A DNA stretch of 29,092 bases from Candidatus Cloacimonadota bacterium (GTDB lineage: Bacteria; Cloacimonadota; Cloacimonadia; Cloacimonadales; WRIO01), in assembly GCA_029564175.1 (NCBI GenBank), contig JAKQQL010000454.1, forward strand, positions 1 through 29,092, in the 5' to 3' direction. The translations under genes were made by a program, and so were the position numbers. Below, in pieces: positions 1 to 11,100 of this stretch (positions are counted from its first letter, which is position 1; each line of letters begins with the position of its first letter). The notes beneath the pieces were generated by a model, which was given only the letters and a program-made list of their open reading frames with translations, made no database searches and was not told where the DNA came from.

Positions 1-843
1 GATGATGGCGCATGTGTACAAAATGCAAAATTACAATCAAATATCATGCGTTATGCCCAAAATTTTGATGTGCCTGTGATTATACATGCTGAAGATTATA
101 ACCTTGCTGGTAAGGGTCAAATCAGTGGCGGTAAAATTGCCACAAAACTCGGTTTGAGTGGTATTCCTGCTTTGGCAGAAGAAGTGATTATTTCAAGAGA
201 CCTGATGCTTGCTGAATCAACAAAATGTCAGCTTCATGTTGCTCATCTTTCAACTGCCAAATCTGTTGAAATGATTAGAAAAGCAAAAAAAGACGGCATT
301 CTGGTTACAAGTGAAGTAACGCCTCATCATTTAATCTTTAATGAAGACAGATTAGAAACTTTTGATACAAATTTTAAATGCAAACCTCCTATTCGTTCAG
401 AAAAAGACAGACTGGCTTTGATTGAAGGACTGATTGATGGTACGATTGATGTCATCGCAACAGATCATGCCCCTCATGCCGACTTTGAAAAAGAAAAAGA
501 ATTTGATTTTGCACCTTTCGGTGTGATCGGATTTGAAACTTCTTTTGCCGGCTTATATACTCATCTGGTAAAAAACAACATCATCAGTCTTGAACTTCTG
601 ATCGAGAAGTTAGCGGTAAAACCTGCTCAATGGTTAAAACTGAATTCAGGCCTTATTGAAGCCGGAAAACTGGCAGATCTCGTGCTGGTTAATTTAAATG
701 AAAGTATTGAAATTAATATCGATACGATCCTGTCAAAATCAAAAAATTCACCTTTCCTTGGATGTAAACTTCAGGGCAGAGTTGATATGACATTCTGCGA
801 AGGTAAGATTACCTGGGATAGCAGAAGACCATTTGAAGATTAG
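1..843 (+). CDS. pyrC: Dihydroorotase, 5'-truncated by the window edge
   Basis: Frame is open from base 1 (DDGACVQN...). Amidohydrolase motifs IIHAED, HVAHLST, EVTPHHL, KCKPPIR, IATDHAPH. Directly upstream of pyrK/pyrD. Confidence 0.93.
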   Translation, partial: DDGACVQNAKLQSNIMRYAQNFDVPVIIHAEDYNLAGKGQISGGKIATKLGLSGIPALAEEVIISRDLMLAESTKCQLHVAHLSTAKSVEMIRKAKKDGILVTSEVTPHHLIFNEDRLETFDTNFKCKPPIRSEKDRLALIEGLIDGTIDVIATDHAPHADFEKEKEFDFAPFGVIGFETSFAGLYTHLVKNNIISLELLIEKLAVKPAQWLKLNSGLIEAGKLADLVLVNLNESIEINIDTILSKSKNSPFLGCKLQGRVDMTFCEGKITWDSRRPFED

Positions 844-859
844 TTTAAACATATAGACG

Positions 860-891
860 CCCCTTCAATTTTTTTGGAGGGGTTTGTTTTT
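860..891 (+). terminator. Intrinsic terminator/attenuator-like hairpin between pyrC and pyrK
   Basis: CCCCTTCAA-TTTTT-TTGGAGGGG stem (one G-U pair) followed by TTTGTTTTT. Confidence 0.6.
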
Positions 892-894
892 GAA

Positions 895-915
895 CTGCAA
901 GCAAACAGCTTGCAG
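895..915. repeat. Perfect 8-bp inverted repeat (second hairpin) upstream of pyrK
   Basis: CTGCAAGC-AAACA-GCTTGCAG. Confidence 0.6.
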
Positions 916-972
916 ATAAAGGTAATCACTCAACTTTTATGACGATTACAATGCTTTACACAGGAGAATGAA

Positions 973-1722
973 ATGATCAAAGATATGACAGGTATCGTTT
1001 TAACTAAGCAGATTATAAACAAATCCTATTTTATACTTTCTGTTAAGATAGATGATAAGTTAGATTCTTATGGGAAACCAGGACAGTTTTATGAATTAAA
1101 AGTAAATAATACCCAACGATTACGAATACCCATCAGTATTTATGATGTTCGTGATAACGTGGTTGATTTTATGATAAAAGATATAGGCGCTGGCACCCAT
1201 GAGCTGGGTCTTTATAATGAAAATGAAAGTATTCAGTTAATGGGACCGTTGGGCAATACATTCAGACAGGCAACAGATAATGAAAATTGTTTGCTTATTA
1301 CCGGAGGAGTTGGTTATGCACCTTTGTTTTTCTTCAAGAAAATGAATCAACAGGCAAATATAGTGTGGTTTCATGGCGGTAGAGACAGTCAGGAGGTGTT
1401 TCCTGCTGACCGGATTTATACCAATGATGGATCAACAGGCATTAAAGGCTTCGTGACAGCCGATCTTAAAGTTTACTTCAATGAAAACAAAGTGGACAGA
1501 ATACTTACTTGCGGTCCACGTATCATGATGAAACATATTGTAGATATTGCTCAAGATCATGTGAAAGACATAGAGACCTCGCTTGAAGAATATATGGCTT
1601 GCGGGATGGGTGTTTGTTATGGATGTGTTACAAAGATTAAAAATGGAAACGATTTTGTTTATAAAACCGTATGTAAAGATGGTCCTATTTTTCAGGGAAG
1701 TGAGGTGATCTGGGATGAATAG
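973..1722 (+). CDS. pyrK: Dihydroorotate dehydrogenase B electron transfer subunit (FAD, 2Fe-2S)
   Basis: KPGQF, GPLGN, GGVGYAP, CGPxxM and the Fe-S motif MACGMGVCYGC...VCKDGPIF. SD AGGAG upstream. Overlaps pyrD by 8 nt. Confidence 0.93.
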   Translation: MIKDMTGIVLTKQIINKSYFILSVKIDDKLDSYGKPGQFYELKVNNTQRLRIPISIYDVRDNVVDFMIKDIGAGTHELGLYNENESIQLMGPLGNTFRQATDNENCLLITGGVGYAPLFFFKKMNQQANIVWFHGGRDSQEVFPADRIYTNDGSTGIKGFVTADLKVYFNENKVDRILTCGPRIMMKHIVDIAQDHVKDIETSLEEYMACGMGVCYGCVTKIKNGNDFVYKTVCKDGPIFQGSEVIWDE

Positions 1723-2623
1723 ATTAGAAAGCAGATTAGGCAAATTGACCTTTAAAAACCCGATAACAGTTGCATCCGGCACTTTTGGTTATGAATACAG
1801 TCAACTCTATGATATCAGTCAATTGGGTGCTATCGTTACAAAAACCATAACACCAGAACCAAAACAGGGGAATCCGGTACCTCGTCTTTACGAAACGGAA
1901 TGTGGTTTACTAAACTCTATCGGCTTGCAAAATCCGGGTGTAGATACTTTTATCAGATCAAATGTAAAAGAGTATGATGCAGTTGATACGCCATTGATTG
2001 TATCATTTTCAGCCGGAACGATTGATGAGTTTTGTGAAATGCTGGTTAAACTGGAAACAGTTGATCGTATAAGTGGCTATGAAGTGAATGTTTCATGCCC
2101 AAATGTAGAAAATGAAGGTCTGGCTTTTGGAGTAGATGCAAAAATAGTGAATAATTTGACCTCCAGGCTATCTAAATTAACGCAAAAAGAACTAATTATA
2201 AAGCTCTCTCCAAACGTAACAGACATTGTTTCAATTGCCAAGGCTGCTGAAGAGGGAGGTGCCAGTTCTGTAGCTTTGATTAATACATTGCTTGGAATGG
2301 CAATTGATTGGAAAAGTGGTCAGTCTATGATTAAACGGGGAATTGCCGGATACAGCGGACCTGCGATTAAACCGGTTGCATTACAGATGGTTTACCGTGT
2401 GGCAAAAGCAATAAAAATACCCATTTTAGCAATGGGCGGAATTCAGGATTATAGAGACTGTCTGGAATTTTTGTACGCTGGTGCATCCATGCTGGCAGTC
2501 GGTACCGCTCAGTTTTCTCAGGCTGATTTACCCCTTCAGATAATCAATGATTTAAATGCTCATTTTGAGGAAAACAATCAAACAATAGATTCAATTAAAG
2601 GCAAAGTGTGGGGAATAGGCTGA
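1715..2623 (+). CDS. pyrD: Dihydroorotate dehydrogenase class 1B catalytic subunit
   Basis: KNPITVASGTFG, GNPVPRL, NSIGLQNPG, catalytic NVSCPN, KLSPNV, SGPAIKP. Confidence 0.95.
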   Translation: MNRLESRLGKLTFKNPITVASGTFGYEYSQLYDISQLGAIVTKTITPEPKQGNPVPRLYETECGLLNSIGLQNPGVDTFIRSNVKEYDAVDTPLIVSFSAGTIDEFCEMLVKLETVDRISGYEVNVSCPNVENEGLAFGVDAKIVNNLTSRLSKLTQKELIIKLSPNVTDIVSIAKAAEEGGASSVALINTLLGMAIDWKSGQSMIKRGIAGYSGPAIKPVALQMVYRVAKAIKIPILAMGGIQDYRDCLEFLYAGASMLAVGTAQFSQADLPLQIINDLNAHFEENNQTIDSIKGKVWGIG

Positions 2624-2624
2624 T

Positions 2625-3287
2625 TTGAATCCATTTGATCTGATGCTTATCTATGAACGGCTTTTGAAAGCTTATGGTCATCAGCACTGGTGGCCTGCCG
2701 ATACTCAGGATGAAGTGATTATCGGTACAATTTTAACACAGAATACTAACTGGCAAAATGTGGAAAAAGCTATAGCTCAGTTAAAAGAAAACAGGCTCTG
2801 TACACTTCAGGGTATTATTGATGCAGATGAAGACTATTTAGCAAGTTGTATTGTTCCTTCCGGCTATTTCAGAGTAAAAGCGAAAAGACTTAAAGCAGTA
2901 GCAACTGCGTTAATATCGATAGATATTGATAGATTTAATGATCATGAACTAAGAAAATATCTCTTATCAGTACATGGAATTGGTTGTGAAACAGCAGATT
3001 CAATCATGTTGTATGCCTACCAGCGAGTAAGCTTTGTAATTGATACATATACCAAAAGGATTTTGAATAGGATTGGAATAGGAGTCAATAAGGAAAGCTA
3101 TGGCTATTTTTACTCATTATTTATGGATAATTTGACTCATGATGTCGGTTTATTTAATGAGTATCATGCGCTGATAGTCAGGAATGCGAAAGTTGCCTGT
3201 AAAGTAAAGCCTGATTGCCTTGAATGTCCGGTAAAAGATTTATGTGATTATGGAAGGAATAATGAGAGCACTATTACAACGCGTTAA
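2625..3287 (+). CDS. HhH-GPD / endonuclease III-related DNA glycosylase with C-terminal 4Fe-4S motif
   Basis: WWPAD, ILTQNTNW, HhH LLSVHGIGCETADSI, FVIDTY, C-x6-C-x2-C-x5-C (CKVKPDCLECPVKDLC). TTG start just after the pyrD stop. Confidence 0.85.
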   Translation: MNPFDLMLIYERLLKAYGHQHWWPADTQDEVIIGTILTQNTNWQNVEKAIAQLKENRLCTLQGIIDADEDYLASCIVPSGYFRVKAKRLKAVATALISIDIDRFNDHELRKYLLSVHGIGCETADSIMLYAYQRVSFVIDTYTKRILNRIGIGVNKESYGYFYSLFMDNLTHDVGLFNEYHALIVRNAKVACKVKPDCLECPVKDLCDYGRNNESTITTR

Positions 3288-3699
3288 AAATGCCTCAGTT
3301 ACAGTTGACGGTGAGCTGATCAGTTCAATCGGAAATGGTCTGCTGGTTTTTCTGGGGATTCATCATGATGATCAGGATAAGCAAATTGACTGGCTTGCAG
3401 GAAAGATAGTGGATTTGAGGATATTTGAAGATGAACAGGGCAAAATGAATCTGTCTCTTAAAGATATTGAGGGAGAGATATTACTGGTTTCCCAGTTCAC
3501 TTTGTATGCTAATTGTGAAAGAGGCAGAAGACCGGATTTTATCCAATCAGCGAAACCGGATTTTGCCGAAGAGATGTATTTGAAATTTGCCGGTAAGCTA
3601 AAAACACTTGGTTTTGAGCCTAAATTAGGTGTGTTTGGCGGAGATATGAAAATCGCTCTGTTAAACGATGGACCGGTTACTATATTCTTAGAAAAGTAA
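3262..3699 (+). CDS. dtd: D-aminoacyl-tRNA deacylase
   Basis: MRALLQRV start (ATG 3262, purine-rich SD GGAAGGA), SQFTL, GRRP and NDGPVT motifs. Confidence 0.95.
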   Translation: MRALLQRVKNASVTVDGELISSIGNGLLVFLGIHHDDQDKQIDWLAGKIVDLRIFEDEQGKMNLSLKDIEGEILLVSQFTLYANCERGRRPDFIQSAKPDFAEEMYLKFAGKLKTLGFEPKLGVFGGDMKIALLNDGPVTIFLEK

Positions 3700-3724
3700 A
3701 AAGCGGAGGCTTAGCCTCCGCTTA
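3700..3724. terminator. Terminator-like hairpin between the convergent dtd and SIMPL genes
   Basis: AAGCGGAGGC-TTA-GCCTCCGCTT perfect stem. The A-run on the left gives a U-tail on the minus strand. Confidence 0.8.
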
Positions 3725-3734
3725 ACTTAATACT

Positions 3735-4436
3735 TTATTTTAGTTCGTATTCAGCAGTAACAGTTACAGATATTTGCTTCTGTTTTGTGGATACATTATA
3801 AACCCCATAAGCCTGTACTTCAGTAGAGTAAGGTTCTGTTATCTGAAAGACTCCCACACGGGCATTAAGTAGTTTTCCAACCTTATCTTTAGAACTTTTT
3901 GCTACTTCTTCCGCTCGCTGTTTTGCATCTTTTGTCGCTTCTGCAATGATGTTATGTTTCAACTTTGGTAATTCCGAAATGAAGTATTGAATCTGTGAGT
4001 TTCGTAATAATAGACCTTTGGCATAAAGCCCTTCAGGGTTGTTATTCAGATTTTCAATCACTTGAAACAGAGTGGTATCTTTAACCGTATAAACCAGGTT
4101 TTGTTCAATATTGTACGATTTGATAAGCCCTGACTGATCGTAAACAGGATAAGAAAAAGGACTGTTGATCGTAAGTTCACTAAGAGAAAGATTGTTTTCT
4201 TTTAATAAGTTACGAAAGAATTCCACATTCTGATTTAGGTCTCTGTATGCTGTTTTCATCTGGTTCGTTCCAGCCTGAGTTCCAATTGTTACCTGCCATT
4301 TAAGGATGTCAGAAGGGTGGTGCATACTGGCATAACCCACTACTTTTACAGATTCCTTTTCGTGTTGAGCTTTGTAAAAAAAAGTACCAAAGATAAGCGC
4401 TGCTATTATAATAGCTATACCAATTGTTTTGTCCAT
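3735..4436 (-). CDS. SIMPL (DUF541) domain protein with N-terminal membrane anchor/signal
   Basis: Hydrophobic N-terminus, V-x-V-x-G strand, AEATKDAKQRAEEVAK...VGKL helix, GVFQIT, terminal beta strand VTVTAEYELK. Confidence 0.8.
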   Translation of the reverse strand: MDKTIGIAIIIAALIFGTFFYKAQHEKESVKVVGYASMHHPSDILKWQVTIGTQAGTNQMKTAYRDLNQNVEFFRNLLKENNLSLSELTINSPFSYPVYDQSGLIKSYNIEQNLVYTVKDTTLFQVIENLNNNPEGLYAKGLLLRNSQIQYFISELPKLKHNIIAEATKDAKQRAEEVAKSSKDKVGKLLNARVGVFQITEPYSTEVQAYGVYNVSTKQKQISVTVTAEYELK

Positions 4437-4444
4437 TTTAACTC

Positions 4445-5995
4445 CTATGATTGTTTTTTAAATAAGTTCTGAATGATATCCTGAGGGCAAATTGCAGGTG
4501 TATCGTAAATCTGGTTGATTTGTTCTGCTGTCTCTCCCAATAAAAAAGATGCTGAAATCGCAGACTGGCAGAGGATCTGCTTTAAATCATGAGACTCTCT
4601 TTTACTGCAAATATGTTGAGCGGTAAATGAAGTGATAATACCAGCAAGTACGTCACCGCTTCCACCTGTTGATAATCCGTCATTTCCTTTATCAATAATT
4701 GTAAGCTGTTTCTTGTATGAGCAAATACTCACAGATGATTTAAGAATAAGCGGTATCTCATATTGATTGGTAAATTCTTCCAATTCCTGAATCTGGTTGT
4801 TTAAAACCTGATTGATATCCTTTTGACATAATCTGGAAAATTCAGCGATATGAGGAGTGAATAGGATATTTTTACCGGTACAATTGCTTAATAATTCCTT
4901 ATTTTTAGCAATGATATTTAATGCGTCGGCATCCATTATGACTGGCTTGAATTCAGACAGTTTAATGACTGTTTCTGTAAGTTTTGTACTGTATTCACTA
5001 ATACCTATACCTGGTCCAATCAAAATACTGTCCATTTCCATTAACTGCTCAAAGAGTATTTCCTGATCTGGTAAGAGATCAGATTCAGGGATGGTTCTTT
5101 TAATCACCTCAATCAGAGAACTGTCATAATGACCTTTCATTTTGGAGGAGGAATAGAGATAAATCAAGCCTCCACCTGCTTTAAGTGCTGCTAAAGAAGC
5201 GAGTATTGCTGCCCCACTGTAATCTTCAGACCCTGCAATAATGGCGATTCTGCCATAATTTCCTTTATGACTGATTTTAAAACGGGTAGGATACTCGATT
5301 TTATCTTTGGTAATCAGATTGACTCTCTGAAAATCATTATATAATAAATCCTTTGGTATTCCAATATCCATTAATTCAATCATACCACAGTATTGTTTGC
5401 CCTGATGAATCAAATGTCCATATTTTAAAAAGGCGATACACAATGTTTTGTTTGCCTGAATACAGTCACAATCTACTGATCCTGTTTCTGCTGAAAGTCC
5501 TGAAGGAATATCAATGGCAATCTTATAAGTGGCGTTTAGATTAATTTTCTTAAACAGGCTTTTATGGAGTTCGGGTAAATTGCCATTAAAACCATTACCA
5601 AACACGGCATCAATGCACAAAGAATGACTAAAGTCAACTGAATCGATATGATCAATATTCGTTACAGGACTGATTGAAATATTCAGCGTCTGGCATCTAT
5701 TATAATTTATCAGAGTTTCAGTGGTAAATTTCTTTGGGTTTCCAATCAGCAGGATTTGTGGAGTAAAGCCATAATGTTTTAACCAGCGTGCAATGACAAA
5801 GCCATCACCACCGTTATTCCCATGACCGCAGATAACATATATCGGTTTGTGTAAAAAATTTGCTTCGTAAATGCTTTTTATACGATCAGCACAGGCTTTA
5901 CCGGCTGTTTCCATAAGCATTTCCGAAGACATTTGCAGCATTTTCATGCAGGTCTCATCAAGTTGTTTCATCTGATTCTGACTAATGACTATCAT
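4445..5995 (-). CDS. nnr: Bifunctional NAD(P)H-hydrate epimerase/dehydratase (YjeF N+C fusion)
   Basis: CGHGNNGGDG, DAVFGNG, IDIPSG, HKGNYG, IGPGIG, MDADAL, TPHIAEF, TGGSGDVLAG. Confidence 0.93.
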   Translation of the reverse strand: MIVISQNQMKQLDETCMKMLQMSSEMLMETAGKACADRIKSIYEANFLHKPIYVICGHGNNGGDGFVIARWLKHYGFTPQILLIGNPKKFTTETLINYNRCQTLNISISPVTNIDHIDSVDFSHSLCIDAVFGNGFNGNLPELHKSLFKKINLNATYKIAIDIPSGLSAETGSVDCDCIQANKTLCIAFLKYGHLIHQGKQYCGMIELMDIGIPKDLLYNDFQRVNLITKDKIEYPTRFKISHKGNYGRIAIIAGSEDYSGAAILASLAALKAGGGLIYLYSSSKMKGHYDSSLIEVIKRTIPESDLLPDQEILFEQLMEMDSILIGPGIGISEYSTKLTETVIKLSEFKPVIMDADALNIIAKNKELLSNCTGKNILFTPHIAEFSRLCQKDINQVLNNQIQELEEFTNQYEIPLILKSSVSICSYKKQLTIIDKGNDGLSTGGSGDVLAGIITSFTAQHICSKRESHDLKQILCQSAISASFLLGETAEQINQIYDTPAICPQDIIQNLFKKQS

Positions 5996-6010
5996 TTTGA
6001 CTCCAATTAT

Positions 6011-7273
6011 TTATGATGTTTTACTTTCTCTGCAAATCAGATTCTCCGGCAGGCAGATTTCGATAACACATCCATCATTTGGAACAGAACGAAGCACTTT
6101 AATACTGCCTTTGAAATAATCTTCCACAATCCTTTTGGTTAAGCTTAAACCAAGCCCCCAACCTCTGTTTTTAGAAGTAACTCCTGGTTCAAATATTTGT
6201 TTCCACGATATATTTTTAGGAATTCCACATCCTTCGTCCATGACGATGATATGAATCTTCTTCTTACTGTAACTCAGTTGGATAAAAATATTGCCTGCTT
6301 TATTTTTCATGGCATCAATCGAGTTCTTTATCAAGTTTTCTAATGACCACTTAAAAAGGTCAGCATCAATATTCAGATACAAATTATCTGATTGATTAAT
6401 AAAGAGGATGTTTATTTTACTGTTAAAATGCGGTAATCTGAGTCTGAAATAACGAACTGATTCATTTATTAGTTCCGTGATGTCATGGGGTTTAAAACTC
6501 AGTTTTGAGCCAATCTTATTAAATCTGTTTGCCGTTTTTTGAAGAAGCGTCAGGTCAATTTCCATATTAGCCAGAATATCCTGATGTTGCTCTCCTGTTC
6601 TTAATTTAAGTAGTTCAATCCATCCCATTAGTGCTGTAACGGGTGTACCAAATTGATGAGCTGTTTCTTTTGCCATCCCAATCCAAAGATTATCTTTTTC
6701 ATTTTGACTGATGATAAAAAAGAGATAGATACCTCCAGTCATTAACATTAGAAGACCCAATATTTGTAAAACTGGAATTAATCTCATCCTTTTTATGACT
6801 GATAAGTCTTCATAATAGGTTTTTATTTTTACAAGACGATCCGGATAGAGTTTAATTCTAGAATAGAATAGATGGCCTCTCTTTTTCATTTCAGTAATTT
6901 GCTGATTAACGTATTCTTTTTGATTTTGATTTATTTCATCATAACTCAGGGTATCTGGTATTTCGATATTTATCCAGCAGATAGGAATATCATCCTCAGT
7001 GGTAATGATGATTGGATTTTTAATATTATTGATTAAATCTTTTAAATAAAAATGATAAAACATAGAATTATATGATTCATATCGTGAATACACGAGATGC
7101 TTTGAAAACAATTGAGGAATGGTTTGTGATTCGCTTTCATTAATTTTTTTTAGCGTTTCAGTGAAATAAAGAAATACAACTATGAATAAAAAAAATGTAA
7201 GCCCAAAGTATAAGTATATTTTTTTAAAACTTAAATGCTTTTTATGAAAAATCTGATATTTTTTTTTGATCAT
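6011..7273 (-). CDS. Membrane sensor histidine kinase (two TM helices), with no response regulator in the window
   Basis: H-box AKETAHQFGTP, N-box ENLIKNSIDA, G1 DEGCGI, F box IFEPG, G2 GWGLGLSL. Exact start uncertain. Confidence 0.9.
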   Translation of the reverse strand: MIKKKYQIFHKKHLSFKKIYLYFGLTFFLFIVVFLYFTETLKKINESESQTIPQLFSKHLVYSRYESYNSMFYHFYLKDLINNIKNPIIITTEDDIPICWINIEIPDTLSYDEINQNQKEYVNQQITEMKKRGHLFYSRIKLYPDRLVKIKTYYEDLSVIKRMRLIPVLQILGLLMLMTGGIYLFFIISQNEKDNLWIGMAKETAHQFGTPVTALMGWIELLKLRTGEQHQDILANMEIDLTLLQKTANRFNKIGSKLSFKPHDITELINESVRYFRLRLPHFNSKINILFINQSDNLYLNIDADLFKWSLENLIKNSIDAMKNKAGNIFIQLSYSKKKIHIIVMDEGCGIPKNISWKQIFEPGVTSKNRGWGLGLSLTKRIVEDYFKGSIKVLRSVPNDGCVIEICLPENLICRESKTS

Positions 7274-7374
7274 TAAACAGCACTTTCTATGTTCATATCA
7301 TCTTAAAAACAGGTATGACAGATAAAAAATAGGTATTCATCCCTGCCAAAAATCCTGGTTGATTGAAAATGATA

Positions 7375-8145
7375 TTACTGTGATTTAATTTTATCCCAGA
7401 CTGAATCCATTTCAGCTAAGTCTGACAGAGAAAGGTCTTTATTATTGTCTTTATAATGTTTTTCAAGTTTTTTAAAACGGTCAGTGAATTTCTCGTTACT
7501 GATACGCAGGGCGGTATCTGCATCAAAACCTAATTTTCTGGACAAATTTACAATGGTAAATAAGAGGTCACCGATTTCTTCTTGTATATTATCATTATCT
7601 TGATTTGCTATCGCTTGATGCAGTTCATCGGTTTCTTCTTGAAGCTTATCAAAAATAGGTTCCAGATCAGGCCAGTCAAAGCCGACAGCAGCCGCTTTCT
7701 CCTGAGTTCTCTGAGCGACAATCAGGGAAGGCATGGCTTTAGGAATCCCTTCAAGAACAGATTCTCTGTGTTTTTTTTCTTCCATTTTGATGAGTTCCCA
7801 ATTCTTCTTTACCTGATGAACAGAATTAACTTCTTTTTCAGCAAAGATGTGAGGGTGTCTTGAGATCAGTTTCGTGATAATTTTCTGAAAGACTTCTTTT
7901 TCATCAAAATGCTTATTTTCTTTAGAAATCTCAATTTGAAGGGCTATGTGTAACAAAAGATCACCCAATTCTTCAGAAAGATGCTGATAATCTTTATTGT
8001 CAATTGCTTCAATACATTCATAGAGCTCTTCAATAAAATTAGGTACTAATGTTTCATTTGTTTGCACTTTATCCCAAGGACAACCTGTTTCAGGATGCCT
8101 TAGACGCTTCACAATATTGAGTAATGCTTCAAAACTGTTTTTCAT
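7375..8145 (-). CDS. mazG: Nucleoside triphosphate pyrophosphohydrolase MazG (tandem-domain type)
   Basis: LRxxxxGCPWD, EELYE, EELGDLL, KLISRHPHIF, GFDW, EEIGDLLF, KFTDRF. Confidence 0.95.
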   Translation of the reverse strand: MKNSFEALLNIVKRLRHPETGCPWDKVQTNETLVPNFIEELYECIEAIDNKDYQHLSEELGDLLLHIALQIEISKENKHFDEKEVFQKIITKLISRHPHIFAEKEVNSVHQVKKNWELIKMEEKKHRESVLEGIPKAMPSLIVAQRTQEKAAAVGFDWPDLEPIFDKLQEETDELHQAIANQDNDNIQEEIGDLLFTIVNLSRKLGFDADTALRISNEKFTDRFKKLEKHYKDNNKDLSLSDLAEMDSVWDKIKSQ

Positions 8146-11100
8146 ATTTCATTTTCCAGTTGTTTTATGATGGATATGATATTATTTTTTAATTCTGGTT
8201 CTATTGCTGTTCCTGCTAGTGTATGATACAAATTTGGTAATAGCGCTTTATCTATTAAATTTTTATTTACAAGATAGTAGTTAAACATAAAAAGCAGATA
8301 GAATTTTGCTCTATCATTCTGAATCAGTGCAGCAATGTTATTTAATCTTGAAAACTTCATATTATGTGTTAATCCAAAAATGATATAATCAGAAAACTGA
8401 GCATTTTCTCTATGAGAAATGATTGGGTTCATGAAGCTTTGCCATGTATTTGAATCATTTTTGCAGATATTAAGCAGAATTGCTTTTGTTAAAATTTCAT
8501 CAGTTGATTTAATAATGGAATTTATCATACTAATATCATTTTGCGTAAGCACTTTATCTTCAGTTACAAGTAAGGAAATGACGAGTTCTTCTTTTAGCAT
8601 CATATTTTTTATCTGAGCATCATGCTGTTGTTTTAACTGAACAATTTGTTGAGCATCAGTATTACCTTTTAGATTTCTTTCTAATTCACGCTTTAGTTGT
8701 TCAATTTTTGCGATGTAATCATCCTGATCGAGAATCGTTTTTCGTCTAAAAGAATTGATTTCTCTAATTTTGAATTTTGAATATCGGGTATAGAAGAGAT
8801 TGTACTCTCTGGTAAACCAATCTTCATTGAGTTTCCATGTGTTTTCCTTTAACATATTGTCAATCATTTCAACAAATGAAATTAAAGGAATTTCAGCCCC
8901 TCTTTGCAATTTTTCTAATGAAATATCTGCTGTAACTTTTACATATTCGTCTCTGTCTATACTCAGTTTTTGTAAGACTTTGATACTATCTTTGAATGGC
9001 AGATTTCCAAGTGCTTTAGCCAGAGCAAGTTTTAAACGAGGAGAAGAGGATTCGGAATATTTACTTAAAAGATTGATTGCTTCCGGATTTCCTGTAGAAC
9101 CAAGTGCTTTGATTACTTCGATTTGAATATCTTCAATTGGAGAGCTTAGATAACGGGATAGGATATTAATTGTTTGCTGATCTTCTATTTTGGATAATGC
9201 ATCTATAGCTGCTTTTTTAATCTCTTTTTCATCAGCTCGAATGAGTTCATCCAGTAATGTCCAGGCATTATCAGAATTTTCAACAGAAATAACAGCTCTG
9301 TATATATGAGCCTGTACTTCGAAGCTGACATAATCACATTGCAGTTTTATAAATTGATATAGATTATCATTATGAGTTCTGATAATATAATCCACTATCA
9401 GAATTTTTGTATTTGGATCGCTTTTGTTCCATAATTCTTTTATAAAGCTATCTGCCTGCTCGTCATGCATTTTATCCAATGTATTCAATGCTTTTTCTAT
9501 GATATTGAGATTTTGAAAAGTGCAAATCTTTTTCATAAGGTTGAGGGCTGTTTTATCAGGATAATCAAAAATGGCAGTAATGATTTCCATATGTTCAGAG
9601 TCATCCATTTTCATTACATCTGTTTCAAACTGATGAAGCGGTCTTGGATCTTCGTTTTTTGCCGTAATGATTAGACCAATCGTTTTACATTTAGTAGAAT
9701 TACTATTAATCAATAGACTGATTTTTGTTTTAATCTCTTTATAGGGTAATAAGGAGAAAAAGATAGCAATATAATAAAGTTTATTGTAATTTTTAGTCTC
9801 AAACAATTCCTGTATAATTTTATTTGCTTCATTTTCACTGTAAAGATATAGCTTGATAATTGCAAAACCGGCAACTAATGAGTTTGTATCAGAACAAAGA
9901 GAATAAACTGTTCTGATTTGTTCCATTCCTGCCAGTTGGATAAAGAGGATTTTTGCATATTCCTGAATAATTGAATGGTTTATTTTAAAATATTTTCTAA
10001 GGATATTCCATGCATTGAAATCACCCAGATTGATTAAGGATTTGGCTCTCTCTAGTTCAAGCATGAAATTTTTGTCTAGATCAATATTGTTCAGAATTGT
10101 AATTGAAAGGGGATGATTGATTTTAGCAAGAGATTTTATGCCTTCAAGATAGAGATTATTATCCCCGTTTCTCAATAATTCGATAATGATAGGGATTACT
10201 TTAGGCGTATTTAACTTGCCAAGCAATTCTATTATGTGGTATCTGTTTTTTAATTGAATCTTTTCATGTATTTCTGAGAAAATTCTTAAGCATACATCTT
10301 GATTTAATGAAGAGATAAAGTTCATTGTATATTCGCAAACAAGTGCATTATTGTCTAAAGCGAGATTGATAATGGTTATTTCATCATAATCATCTTTAAA
10401 TAAATGCAATGAACGAGCAAGTTCTTGTCTTACCAGTACATTTTTTGAGTGAGCAATTTTTTGCAGATAGAAGCTGATATCATCTCCCATATTTTTTAAG
10501 GCTAAGATTGCGTGAATTTGTAAAGATAAGTTTTTAGATTGAACAAAACCTTCCAGAATTGGGCGTTGCGCTTCCAGTTTAAGTAAACCTATCAATTTAC
10601 AAATCATAATTTTAACATCGACATCAGCATCAGAAGCAAAACCTTTCAGATCTGGCAGATTATCCACAAAAAGAGCATACATATTATCTGAAATCAATTT
10701 CAGCCTTGAAATACTTTCAATCCAGAATTGCATCAGTATTCCATAATGATAGGCATAAATCAGATTTGATTTATCACTTAACTCCTTTTCAACTAATTCC
10801 TGAATCTTCTCGGGATCATCAAGACTTTTCTTTTGAATCAGGTATTTTTTTTCTATTTCCAGATAAGCAATAGAGATATTCTCTACTGGACGCTTATTGA
10901 TTTGTTTGCTCATATAGACAAAGTTAATTTCTCCACCAATCAGTGATAATGCTTTGAGATAAAAATCAATTTCAAAATTTGGATTTTCTATACGTGAATC
11001 AATGAGGTTTTGGATTGCAAGTGAACTTTTATCAAGTAAAGCTAACAGATTTGTATCTTTAATGATTTCGTGCAGTGTTAGATTGAGTTTTTTGGTTAGT

